From: Actinomycetota bacterium
GTDB lineage: Bacteria > Actinomycetota > Acidimicrobiia > Acidimicrobiales > JAJPHD01
Direction of reading: 5' to 3'
DNA: 64,000 nucleotides
Assembly: GCA_021325455.1 (NCBI GenBank)
Contig: JAJPHD010000026.1
Coordinates: forward strand, 334,722 to 398,721
A model generated the notes under the pieces. The model saw only the letters and a list, made by a program, of their open reading frames with translations. It did no database searches and was not told the DNA's origin. Of the stretch, positions 25,947-34,500 are shown in pieces. A program made the position numbers and the translations under genes. Numbering within the stretch: position 1 is the stretch's first letter; each line of letters begins with the position of its first letter.

Positions 25947-28112
25947 ATGGACGACCGGCTGCTCGATGGCCTCACCCCGAGCCAGCGCCAGGCCGTCGTG
26001 GTGGAGGCGGCCCCGTTGTGCATCCTGGCCGGCGCCGGCTCGGGCAAGACCCGGGTCCTCACCCACCGCATCGCCTGGAGGATCGCCTCGGGATCGGCCA
26101 GCCCCTCCCATGTCCTGGCCCTCACCTTCACGCGCAAGGCTGCCGGCGAGCTCCGCCGTCGCCTGCTGTCGCTGGGGGCGCGGGACCAGGTGGCGGCAGC
26201 CACCTTTCACGCCGCCGCCCTGGCCCAGCTCCGCCGCCGGTGGGCGGACCAGGGCCGGACTCCCCCGGCCATCCTCCAGCGCAAGTCCGCTCTGCTGGGC
26301 CGGGTCCTACCCCGCCATCACCGGGGAGGCCAGCCGGGCGAGGTCCTGGCCGCTCTGGCCGGCGAGATCGAGTGGGCCAAGGCCCGCCTGGTCGACCCGG
26401 CGGGCTACCCGTCGGCGGCGGTCGCCGGGGGCCGGCGCCCCCCGCTCACCCCCGGGGAGGTGGCAGAGGCCTACCGTGCCTATGAGGAAGAGAAGGCCAG
26501 ACGGGGCCTCATGGACCTGGACGACCTGCTGGTGGCTTGCGCCAGCGCCATCGAGGCCGACCCCGTGTTCGCCGCTGCCCAGCGCTGGCGCTTCCGGCAC
26601 GTGTTCGTGGACGAGTTCCAGGACGTGAACCCCGCCCAGGAGCGCCTGCTCAGGGCCTGGCTCGGCTCCAACCGGGACCTGTGCGTGGTGGGGGACCCCC
26701 ACCAGGCCATATACGGATGGAACGGAGCCGACCCCACCGCCCTGACCCGCATGCCCGAGCGCTTCCCGGGCACGGAGGTGGTGAGGCTGGAGGACAACTG
26801 GCGCTCCTCGCCCCAGATCCTGGCCGTGGCCTCGGCCGTGCTGAGCCATGGCCGCCGGGCTGCCCGGGGCGGGGGCGCCCCTCTCCGGGCCCACCGACCC
26901 GACGGCCCCGTGCCCACCATCACCCCCTACGGCTCCGACCGCCTGGAGGCGGAAGGGATCGCCCGCAGGGCCCGCCAAGCCCACCGGCCGGGGCGTCCCT
27001 GGTCGGACATGGCTGTCCTGGTGCGCACCAACGCCCAGATACCGCTGCTGGAGGAGGCCCTGCAGGCGGCAGGCATACCGCACCGGGCTCCCGGAGGAGG
27101 GCTTCTCTCCCAGGGTGTCGTGCAGGAGGCCCTGGCCCGCCTGGGCCGCTCGCCTCACCGCAGCATGACGGCGGTGGCGGCCCAGCTGAGGGAGGAGGCA
27201 GCGGAGTGGGCCGCCCCGAGCCGGGACCTGCAGGCTCCGGGCCCGGTCGGTGCTGGCGCCGCCGGCGACCCGGGCGACGAGCGGGCCGACCTGCTCCTGG
27301 GCCTGGCCCGCCTGGCCGGCGAGTACCAGTCGCTCGACCCGGAAGCGACGGCGGCGGGGTTCGAGCCCTGGCTGGTCGCCACCTTGGGCCGGGCCTCGGA
27401 GGAGGAGGGGAGCGATGCCGTCCAGGTCCTCACCTTCCACCGGGCCAAGGGCCTCGAGTGGCCGGTCGTCCTGGTGGCGGGGCTGGAGCTCGGGCTGGTG
27501 CCCATCGGCCACGCCACCACCCCGGCGGCCGACGAGGAGGAGCGCCGGTTGCTCTACGTGGCCCTGACCCGGGCCGAGGCCGAGCTGCACTGCTCCTGGG
27601 CCCGCCGGCGCACCTTCGGTGAGCGGACCACCCGGCGCTCCCCCTCCCCCTACCTGGCCACGCTGGAGTCGGTCTGCTCCTCCCTGGCACGGGCGCCGGC
27701 GGGGGCCCAGGTGGCCGACCTGCTGGCCGCCAGCCGAAGGGCCCTGGAGCAGGGGGCCACCAAGGGAGCGGGCCCAGCTGCGGGAGGGCGCTCGGACCTG
27801 GTCCACAGGCGAGGGCGGCGGAGCGGGGGGACCGGGCGGGGCGGTCCCCGCGAGGCACCGGCGCTCACCCTGGCCCGGTCCGCCAACCCCGAGGCGGTGG
27901 AGGCCCTGCGAGCCTGGCGGGCAGCCACCGCTCGGGCCTCCGGGGTGCCTGCCTACGTGATCCTCCACGACGCCACCCTGGCCGGCCTCGCCAGCGCCCT
28001 GCCCTCCACCCCCGGCGACCTGCAGGGGCTCCCCGGGCTCGGCCCCGTCAAGGTCGCCCGCTACGGCCGGGCCCTGCTGGAGGTACTGGCGCCCTACCGG
28101 GCCTCCGCCTGA
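25947..28112 (+). CDS. uvrD2: UvrD2-type superfamily-1 DNA helicase with C-terminal HRDC domain
   Basis: Start re-set to ATG 25947 (MDDRLLDGLTPSQRQAV). Walker A AGAGSGKTRVL, motif II VDEFQDVN, NWRSS. The C-terminal HRDC is LRAWRAATARASGVPAYVILHDATLAGLA...LQGLPGLGPVKVARYG. Confidence 0.88.
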   Translation: MDDRLLDGLTPSQRQAVVVEAAPLCILAGAGSGKTRVLTHRIAWRIASGSASPSHVLALTFTRKAAGELRRRLLSLGARDQVAAATFHAAALAQLRRRWADQGRTPPAILQRKSALLGRVLPRHHRGGQPGEVLAALAGEIEWAKARLVDPAGYPSAAVAGGRRPPLTPGEVAEAYRAYEEEKARRGLMDLDDLLVACASAIEADPVFAAAQRWRFRHVFVDEFQDVNPAQERLLRAWLGSNRDLCVVGDPHQAIYGWNGADPTALTRMPERFPGTEVVRLEDNWRSSPQILAVASAVLSHGRRAARGGGAPLRAHRPDGPVPTITPYGSDRLEAEGIARRARQAHRPGRPWSDMAVLVRTNAQIPLLEEALQAAGIPHRAPGGGLLSQGVVQEALARLGRSPHRSMTAVAAQLREEAAEWAAPSRDLQAPGPVGAGAAGDPGDERADLLLGLARLAGEYQSLDPEATAAGFEPWLVATLGRASEEEGSDAVQVLTFHRAKGLEWPVVLVAGLELGLVPIGHATTPAADEEERRLLYVALTRAEAELHCSWARRRTFGERTTRRSPSPYLATLESVCSSLARAPAGAQVADLLAASRRALEQGATKGAGPAAGGRSDLVHRRGRRSGGTGRGGPREAPALTLARSANPEAVEALRAWRAATARASGVPAYVILHDATLAGLASALPSTPGDLQGLPGLGPVKVARYGRALLEVLAPYRASA

Positions 28113-28181
28113 CACCAACGGGCGGGAGGGGCTGTAGGCGGGACGGGTTGACGCCGGCCCCTGACGGCGCGACAACTGAGC

Positions 28182-28484
28182 ATGACCACCTTCATCTGGC
28201 CTGCCGAGGACGGTTGGCCTTACCCCGACGAGGACCGGGGCTTGGGGGACCCGGAAGCCGACCTGGACGAGGACCTGCTGGCCCTCCACTGCCTGCCACC
28301 CAGGGCCCTGGAGCTGCTGGACCCGCTGGAGCGCACGGTGCTGGCGGCGCGCTTCGGGGTGGGCGGGGGGCCAGTGCGCACCATGAAGGAGCTCCACGCC
28401 GAGACGGGCTGCTCCCGGGCCGAGCTGCGCTCCGCCCTGAGCTCGGGCCTGGCCAAGCTGCGGGCCCAGATGGCCTCGGGCTGA
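28182..28484 (+). CDS. stand-alone sigma-70 region-4-like HTH protein with acidic N-terminus
   Basis: 100 aa. LDPLERTVLAARFGVGGGPVRTMKELHAETGCSRAELRSALSSGLAKLR matches the region 4.2 pattern (L.ERE..VL.LRFGL....RTL.E.....G.SRE....I...AL.KLR). No regions 2 or 3. High GC3. Confidence 0.6.
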   Translation: MTTFIWPAEDGWPYPDEDRGLGDPEADLDEDLLALHCLPPRALELLDPLERTVLAARFGVGGGPVRTMKELHAETGCSRAELRSALSSGLAKLRAQMASG

Positions 28485-28509
28485 GGCCCCCAGCCCCGGG
28501 CCGGCGGCG

Positions 28510-29304
28510 CTACGGGCCCTGGCGCCACCCGTCGGCCACGTCGACCAGCACCGGGGCGTGGTCAGAGGGCTGCTTGCCCTTGCGGGCGAAGCGGTCGATG
28601 AGGGCGAAGGTCACCCGCTCGGCCAGCGGGCGGGTGAGGAGGATGAGATCGATGCGCATGCCCCGGTGCTGGTGGAAGTCGCCGGCCCGGTAGTCCCACC
28701 AGGAGAAGAGCCCTTCCTGGTCGTAGCGGGTACGGAAGGCGTCCACCAGGCCCCAGCTGAGGAGCCCCTTCAGCGCCTGGCGCTCGGGCTCGCTCACGTG
28801 GGTGGCTCCCTGGAAGGAGGAGGGGTCCCAGACGTCGCGGTCGTCGGGGGCAATGTTGAAGTCCCCGCACAGGGCCAGCGGCCCCGCCGGGTCGCAGGCC
28901 TCCTCCAGGTGGTGCTGCAGGCTGTCCAGCCAGGCGAGCTTGGCCTCGTAGTGCTCGCTGCCCACGCTCCGCCCGTTGGGCACGTAGAGGCTGGCCACCC
29001 TCACCCCTCCACAGGTGGCGCTGACCAGGCGGGCCTCGGTGACCTGCTCTGGGAGCTGGCCCGAGAAGCCGGCCCGCACCTCCTCCAGGCCCACCCGGCT
29101 CAGGATGGCCACCCCGTTCCAGCGGCCGAGGCCATGGTGGGCCGCCTCGTACCCCCGGGAGGCGAAGGCCATGGCCGGGAAGTCGCCGTCGGCCATCTTG
29201 GTCTCCTGCAGGCACAGCACGTCGGGCTGGGCGTAGTCCAGCCACTCCTCGACCCTCGGAAGCCGGGCCTTCAGGGAATTGACGTTCCAGGTGGCGATGC
29301 GCAC
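28510..29304 (-). CDS. xthA: exodeoxyribonuclease III
   Basis: 264 aa. MRIATWNVNSLKARL...PDVLCLQETK...GDFNIAP...SDHAPV = ExoIII/APE1 family signatures. Confidence 0.92.
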   Translation of the reverse strand: MRIATWNVNSLKARLPRVEEWLDYAQPDVLCLQETKMADGDFPAMAFASRGYEAAHHGLGRWNGVAILSRVGLEEVRAGFSGQLPEQVTEARLVSATCGGVRVASLYVPNGRSVGSEHYEAKLAWLDSLQHHLEEACDPAGPLALCGDFNIAPDDRDVWDPSSFQGATHVSEPERQALKGLLSWGLVDAFRTRYDQEGLFSWWDYRAGDFHQHRGMRIDLILLTRPLAERVTFALIDRFARKGKQPSDHAPVLVDVADGWRQGP

Positions 29305-29310
29305 GGTGCC

Positions 29311-29736
29311 TCAGCGGCTGATGACGAAGAGCATGTCCACCTCGCAGGCCCGGGCCCCGTCCACCACCGCCCGGCCGTGCCCCCTGCCGGCCTTGGCCGA
29401 CAGATGGCTCAGGGAGACCTCCAGGTCGAGGGTCTCACCGGGGACGACCTGACGCCGGAACCGGGCCCGGTCGATGCCCCCGAAGAGGGGGAGGGAGCCG
29501 GCAAAGCGCTCATCGGCGAGGAGGGCTGCCGCCCCCACCTGGGCAAGGGACTCCACCATCAGGACACCCGGGAGGGTGGGCTGTCCCGGGAAGTGCCCGG
29601 CGAAGAAGTCCTCCTTCCCCGTCAGGTGCCATCGGCCCCTCGCTCCCGTGCCGGGCTGGATGTCCACGATCTCGTCCACGAGGAGGAAAGGGGGGCGGTG
29701 GGGCAGTAGGTCCCCGGGGTGCATGGGGGCGACCAT
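29311..29736 (-). CDS. fabZ: 3-hydroxyacyl-ACP dehydratase FabZ
   Basis: Real part of track ORF 29311..30159; ATG 29736 (or 29724). LPHRPPFLLVDEI...FFAGHFPGQPTLPGVLMVESLAQ = FabZ hot-dog active-site motif. Confidence 0.88.
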   Translation of the reverse strand: MVAPMHPGDLLPHRPPFLLVDEIVDIQPGTGARGRWHLTGKEDFFAGHFPGQPTLPGVLMVESLAQVGAAALLADERFAGSLPLFGGIDRARFRRQVVPGETLDLEVSLSHLSAKAGRGHGRAVVDGARACEVDMLFVISR

Positions 29737-29776
29737 AGCGCGCCGGGTTGGGAACCGGCCGAGGGCCGTCCCCCCC

Positions 29777-31477
29777 TCAGGAACCCCCTGCGCCCTCGGG
29801 GCCCGGCGTCCGGCGCCGGCGGGTGGGCCGCGGAGGCTCGGCCGGCTCCCCCTCCGGGGAGGGGGGAGCCTTCTTGGTGCGGGAGCGCTTGGCGGCGGGG
29901 GCCTTCTCGGCGGGGGAGGCCTTGTCAGCGGGGGAGGCCTTGTCAGCGGCGGTGGCCTTCCCGCCTGCCTTCTGCCCGGCCGGGGCCTTCCCTGCCCTTT
30001 GCCCCGCCGGGGCCTTCCCCGCCTTCTGCCCGGACGGGGCCGTCCCACCGGCCTTCGGCCCGGTGGCCCCGGCCTCCTGGCCCGCCTTCCTGGCTGCCCT
30101 GGCTCCCCCGGCCTTCGGGACGGCCTTCCTGCCTGTCCCCGCCGTCCCGCCGGTGGCACCCTCCGGGCCCTCCTTCTCAGCGGCGGCCGCCCTGGTCCGC
30201 CGGGTGGCCCTCTTGCCGGCCGGTGGCGGGCCCTCCCCCGGCGGCGCCGCCTCGCCCCCGCCTTCCCCGCCTCCCGGCTCGGGCTCTGCTGGCGCCTTCC
30301 TGCGGGGAGCCCGCTTGGCCGGGGCCTTCTCGGGGGCGGGCCGGCTCGGCTCCTCCTCCCGCCCCGCCTCCTTGGCAGCGCCCTTCGCCGGCTCCGTCCC
30401 CGCCGCCTTGGCTCTGGCCCCGCTGGCCCGCTTGGGCTTCTGCTGCTTGGCGCTGCCGGCGATCTCGGCCTCCACCGTCTCCTCGCTCGGCGTCCCGGCG
30501 ACCTGGGCGAACTCGGGAAGGGCCAGCTCGATGCCCCGCCGCTGGGGGTCCAGGGCCTGGAGCACGAACCTGCGGTGCTCGCCCTTGCTCAGCACCGCCC
30601 TGGCCTTGGTCGGCGGCGGGTCCCCCAGGCCGGACAGGGGCACGTACCCCCTGGCCCCGTCCACGGTGATGAACGCCCCGTGGGAGGTGAAGCTCTCCAC
30701 CTCGCCCTCCACCTGGCTGCCGAGGGGGTGCTCGGCGATGAAGGTGATGAACGCAAGGGGCTCGTTCACGGCCTGGGGTGGTGGTCCGGCTCCTCTCCGG
30801 CGGCGCCGGCGACGGGCCGTGGTCGAGTCGGGAGCCTCCACCTCCTTGGTGGCCGCCGCAATGGCCTTGCGCACCTTCTCGTCCTTGGCCGGGGCGGCCT
30901 TGATCCCCACGGCCTCACCACCCTTAGGGCTGATGGGGCGGGGCGGGGGAGTGGTAGGGACCGGCATGGGCTGGGAGGCCTCTTTGGAGCCGATGCGCAC
31001 CCGGTGCATCCGGGCCTCTTTCATGGCCTGCTTGCTCCTCTGGCCCCGCACGGGCGTGCGGGGGGTGAAGATCCAGCCCACCCCGGGGACCGGCTTGCCC
31101 CCGATCAGCCTTCCCTTGTCGAACAGCCACTCGTGCTCCCCGTGGAACTCCTGGAAGGAGTCGTTGGAAAGGACCACGGCGCCGGTCTTCTCGGCAATCA
31201 GCAGCAGGAAGGCGTCACCCCGCCCGATGGCACCGGCCGGCGGGGAGACCACCTCCCCGTGAGCCTCGGCCTCCTGGAAGGAGGCCCGCTCCGACTCGTC
31301 GATGCGGTGGCCGAAGGTGGCATCGACGACCACCGTGATCTCGGCGTCGGGGAACTCGGCCTGAAAGGCCCGGACGGCCTCGTCCAGCTGGGCCAGGCTG
31401 GGGAGCGACCGTCCCTCGGTGGCAATGTTGGAACCGTCGACGACGACGTGGCGGCGTGGCATCTCCCCCGTAGTCAA
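29777..31477 (-). CDS. NYN (Zc3h12a-like) ribonuclease domain + S1 RNA-binding domain protein with long K/A/P-rich histone-H1-like tail
   Basis: 566 aa. N-terminus is HVVVDGSNIATEG...VVVDATFGH...GDAFLLLIAEKTGAVVLSNDSFQEF (NYN/PIN-like). The middle is GSQVEGEVESFTSHGAFITVDGARGYVPLS (S1). The C-terminal about 250 aa is Lys/Ala/Pro/Gly repeats. Confidence 0.75.
   Translation of the reverse strand: MTTGEMPRRHVVVDGSNIATEGRSLPSLAQLDEAVRAFQAEFPDAEITVVVDATFGHRIDESERASFQEAEAHGEVVSPPAGAIGRGDAFLLLIAEKTGAVVLSNDSFQEFHGEHEWLFDKGRLIGGKPVPGVGWIFTPRTPVRGQRSKQAMKEARMHRVRIGSKEASQPMPVPTTPPPRPISPKGGEAVGIKAAPAKDEKVRKAIAAATKEVEAPDSTTARRRRRRRGAGPPPQAVNEPLAFITFIAEHPLGSQVEGEVESFTSHGAFITVDGARGYVPLSGLGDPPPTKARAVLSKGEHRRFVLQALDPQRRGIELALPEFAQVAGTPSEETVEAEIAGSAKQQKPKRASGARAKAAGTEPAKGAAKEAGREEEPSRPAPEKAPAKRAPRRKAPAEPEPGGGEGGGEAAPPGEGPPPAGKRATRRTRAAAAEKEGPEGATGGTAGTGRKAVPKAGGARAARKAGQEAGATGPKAGGTAPSGQKAGKAPAGQRAGKAPAGQKAGGKATAADKASPADKASPAEKAPAAKRSRTKKAPPSPEGEPAEPPRPTRRRRTPGPEGAGGS
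29893..30045. repeat. in-frame tandem repeats inside the tail of the NYN-S1 gene
   Basis: A perfect 2 x 18-bp tandem CGGGGGAGGCCTTGTCAG (29911-28 and 29929-46) plus a degenerate third copy (29893-910), encoding ADKASP units. Adjacent about 27-bp units encode KAGKAPAGQ x3. Confidence 0.7.
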
Positions 31478-31567
31478 CCATCCCCACGCCCCCGCGCCGG
31501 TGACCCCGGGCCGGCAGGGGGGGCCGGGGCCCTGGAGCGGGCACCGAGGACCCTGCCCGGCCTGCGG

Positions 31568-34500
31568 TCAGTCGACGGGCACCGCCAGGGGCGCGAAGGC
31601 CCGCTGCAGCAGATCCTCGGTCTCCAGCTGGTGGACGGCAGAGCTGCCCGTCGCCGGGCTGCCGGCCTCCGCCCTGCTCACATGGCCCAGGCGGAAGTCG
31701 TTGCGCAGGATCCGGTGGAGGCGGCCGTGCACGAAGCCCCAGGGCCCCTGGTTCTCGGGCTCCTCCTGGACCCACACCACCTCCTCGGCCCGCTCGTAGC
31801 GGGCCAGGAGGCCGGCGATATGGTCCTCGGGCCAGGGATAGAGCTGCTCCACCCTGGCCACCGCCGTCACCGGGCCCTTCCCCTCCTTCAGGAGCTGGTC
31901 CCGGCGGGCCATGACCTCGTAGGAGACCTTCCCGCTGCACAGCACTACCCGACCGACGGACAGGGGGTCGATGGGTCCACCGTCGGAGGTGGCGGGATCG
32001 TCCAGCACCTCCCGGAACGACCCCTCCACCAGGTCCTCCACCCTGGACCTCGAGTGCCGGGAGCGAAGGAGGGACTTGGGCGTGAGCACCACGAGGGGGA
32101 CGAGGCGGTCGCGCCGGTGCACCTGGGCCCGGAGCAGGTGGAAGTACTGGGCCGCGGTGCTGGCGTTCACCACCCGGATGTTGCCCCCGGCGGCAAGGGT
32201 CAAGAACCGCTCCACCCGCGCCGAGGAGTGGTCAGGGCCCTGGCCCTCGTAGCTGTGGGGCAGCAGCAGGACCAGCCCGGACCGCTGGTCCCACTTGTCC
32301 TCGGCCGCGACTATGAACTCGTCGATGATGGTCTGGGCCCCGTTGGCGAAGTCTCCGAACTGGGCCTCCCAGGCCACCAGGGCGTCGGGCCGCACGACCG
32401 AGTACCCGTACTCGAAGCCCAGGGCGGCGAACTCCGAGAGGAGCGAGTCGTATATGAGGAACCTCCCCTGGCGCTCCTCGGGTGCCGCCGCCGGCCTGTC
32501 ACCCTCGTCGGGGGCCAGGGGACCGGCTGCGGGCGCCGCCCCCGTTCCCCGCGTGGCCCCTCCCCCGCTGGCGCCGTTGAGCCATCCGCCCTCGGGGGCG
32601 AGATGGGCCAGCGGCACCCACTCCTCCCCGGTCCGGTAATCCACATAGGCGGCGTGGCGCTGGCTGAACGTCCCCCGCCGGCTGTCCTGGCCCGCCAGGC
32701 GGACGTCCACCCCCTCCAGCAGCAGCGACCCGAAGGCCAGGGCCTCGGCCAGGGCCCAGTCCACCTCGCCGCCTGCATACACCTTGGCCCGGCCCGCCAT
32801 CTGCTTCTCCAGCTTGGGGTGCAAGGTGAACCCTTCGGGGACGTTGTGGACGGCGCGGGAGATGCGGTCCAGCACGCTGCGCTCCACGCCCGTGGGGGGG
32901 GCGGACACGACCTCCACCGGCGGCGGAGGAGGCACGGTGTCCGGCTTGGGCGGTGCCGAGGACCGGGTCTGCTCAAGGGCCGTCTGGAGGCGGGCGGAGA
33001 AGTCCTCGAGGGCCTGCTCGGCCTCCTCCAGGGTGAGGTCGCCCCGGTGGACCAGGCGCTCGGTGTACAGCTTGCGCACGGAGCGATGGCGGTCGATGCG
33101 CTCGTACATCTGGGGCTGGGTGTAGCTGGGCTCATCCCCCTCGTTGTGCCCGTACCTGCGGTAGCAGACCATGTGGATCACCACGTCCCGGTGGAACCTC
33201 TGGCGGAACCCGTAGGCCAGCTTGGCCACCCGCACGCAGGCCTCGGGGTCGTCCCCGTTCACGTGGAAGATGGGCGCCTGGACCATCTTGGCCACGTCGC
33301 TGGCGTAGACCGACGTGCGGCCCTCCTCAGGGGTGGTGGTGAAGCCCAGCTGGTTGTCGATGACGAGGTGGACGGTCCCCCCTGTGCGGTACCCCCGCAG
33401 CCCCGACAGGTTGAGGGTCTCGGCCACGACCCCCTGGCCGGCGAAGGCGGCATCCCCGTGGATGAGAACGGGGAGGACGGGGAACTCGGTGCCCCGGTCC
33501 AGGAGGTCCTGCTTGGCCCGGGCCATGCCCTCCACTACCGGGTCGACGGCCTCCAGGTGGGAGGGGTTGGAGGCCAGCGTCACGGGGATGTCCGAGCCGC
33601 TGCGGCCCACGAACTTGCCGCTCGCCCCCTTGTGGTACTTGACATCGCCCGATCCCTGCACCGTGTCGGGGTCGATGTGGCCCTCGAACTCGTTGAAGAT
33701 CTCGCCGTAGGACTTGCCCACGATGTTGGCCAGGACGTTCAGCCGGCCCCGGTGCGCCATTCCCAGCACGGCCTCTGCCAGCCCGTCGGAGGCGGCCAGG
33801 TCGAGGATGGTGTCCAGGATGGGGATGGCCGACTCCCCGCCCTCAAGGCCGAAGCGCTTCTGGCCTATGTACTTGGTCTGGAGGAACCTCTCGAAGGCCT
33901 CGGCCGCGTTGAGCCGGCCCAGGATGTGGCGCTGCTCGTCGGGAGGGAGGGTGGTGTCCACGCCCTCCACGTGCTCCTGGATCCAGCGCTTCTCGGCTGG
34001 CTCCTGGATGTGCATGTACTCCACGCCGACGGTCCGGCAGTAGGCGTCCCTCAGGATGCCCAGGATCTCTGAGAGGGGCAGCTCGTCGTGGCCGGCCAAC
34101 CCGTCGGTGAGGAAGCTGCGCCCCAGGTCCCAGAGCGTGAGGCCGTAGGTGGCCGGGTCCAGCTCGGGGTGCATGCGGGGAGGGAGGGCCGCCAGCGGGT
34201 CGAGGTCGGCGATGAGGTGGCCCCTCACCCGGTACATGTTGATGAGGGTCTGGACGTGCACCTGCTTGAGGGCCCGGGCCCGCTCGCCGTCGACGGCAGG
34301 GTTGGTGTCCGGCAGCCACCGCACCGGCTCGTAGGGCACCCCCATGGCCCCGAAGATCTCGTGGTAGAAGCCGTCGGCTCCCAGCAGCAGCTCGTGGACC
34401 CGGGCCAGGAACAGCCCGGACTCGGCCCCCTGGATGACCCGGTGGTCGTAGGTGGAGGTGAGGGTGGCGACCTTCCCCACTCCCATCTCGGCCAGCCGGG

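Noticed and set aside
29893-30045. Tandem direct repeats as a possible CRISPR array or minisatellite.
   Set aside because: The repeats are 18-27 bp, contiguous without spacers, in frame and inside a coding tail, where they encode ADKASP and KAGKAPAGQ units. No cas genes are present.
29474-34072. Very long ORFs on the opposite strand or in off-frames of real genes. Examples: 29474..34072 (1532 aa), 43112..45922 (936 aa), 10209..12647 (812 aa), 53979..56414 (811 aa), 26307..28397, 6907..8676, 17400..19187 and 17489..19351.
   Set aside because: Their translations are R/G/P/H-rich low complexity with no recognisable motifs. They overlap genes with unmistakable family signatures (kgd, fadD, the E1 and AACS genes, the antiporter and ligC, uvrD2). 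Stop-poor shadow frames are expected at about 70% GC.
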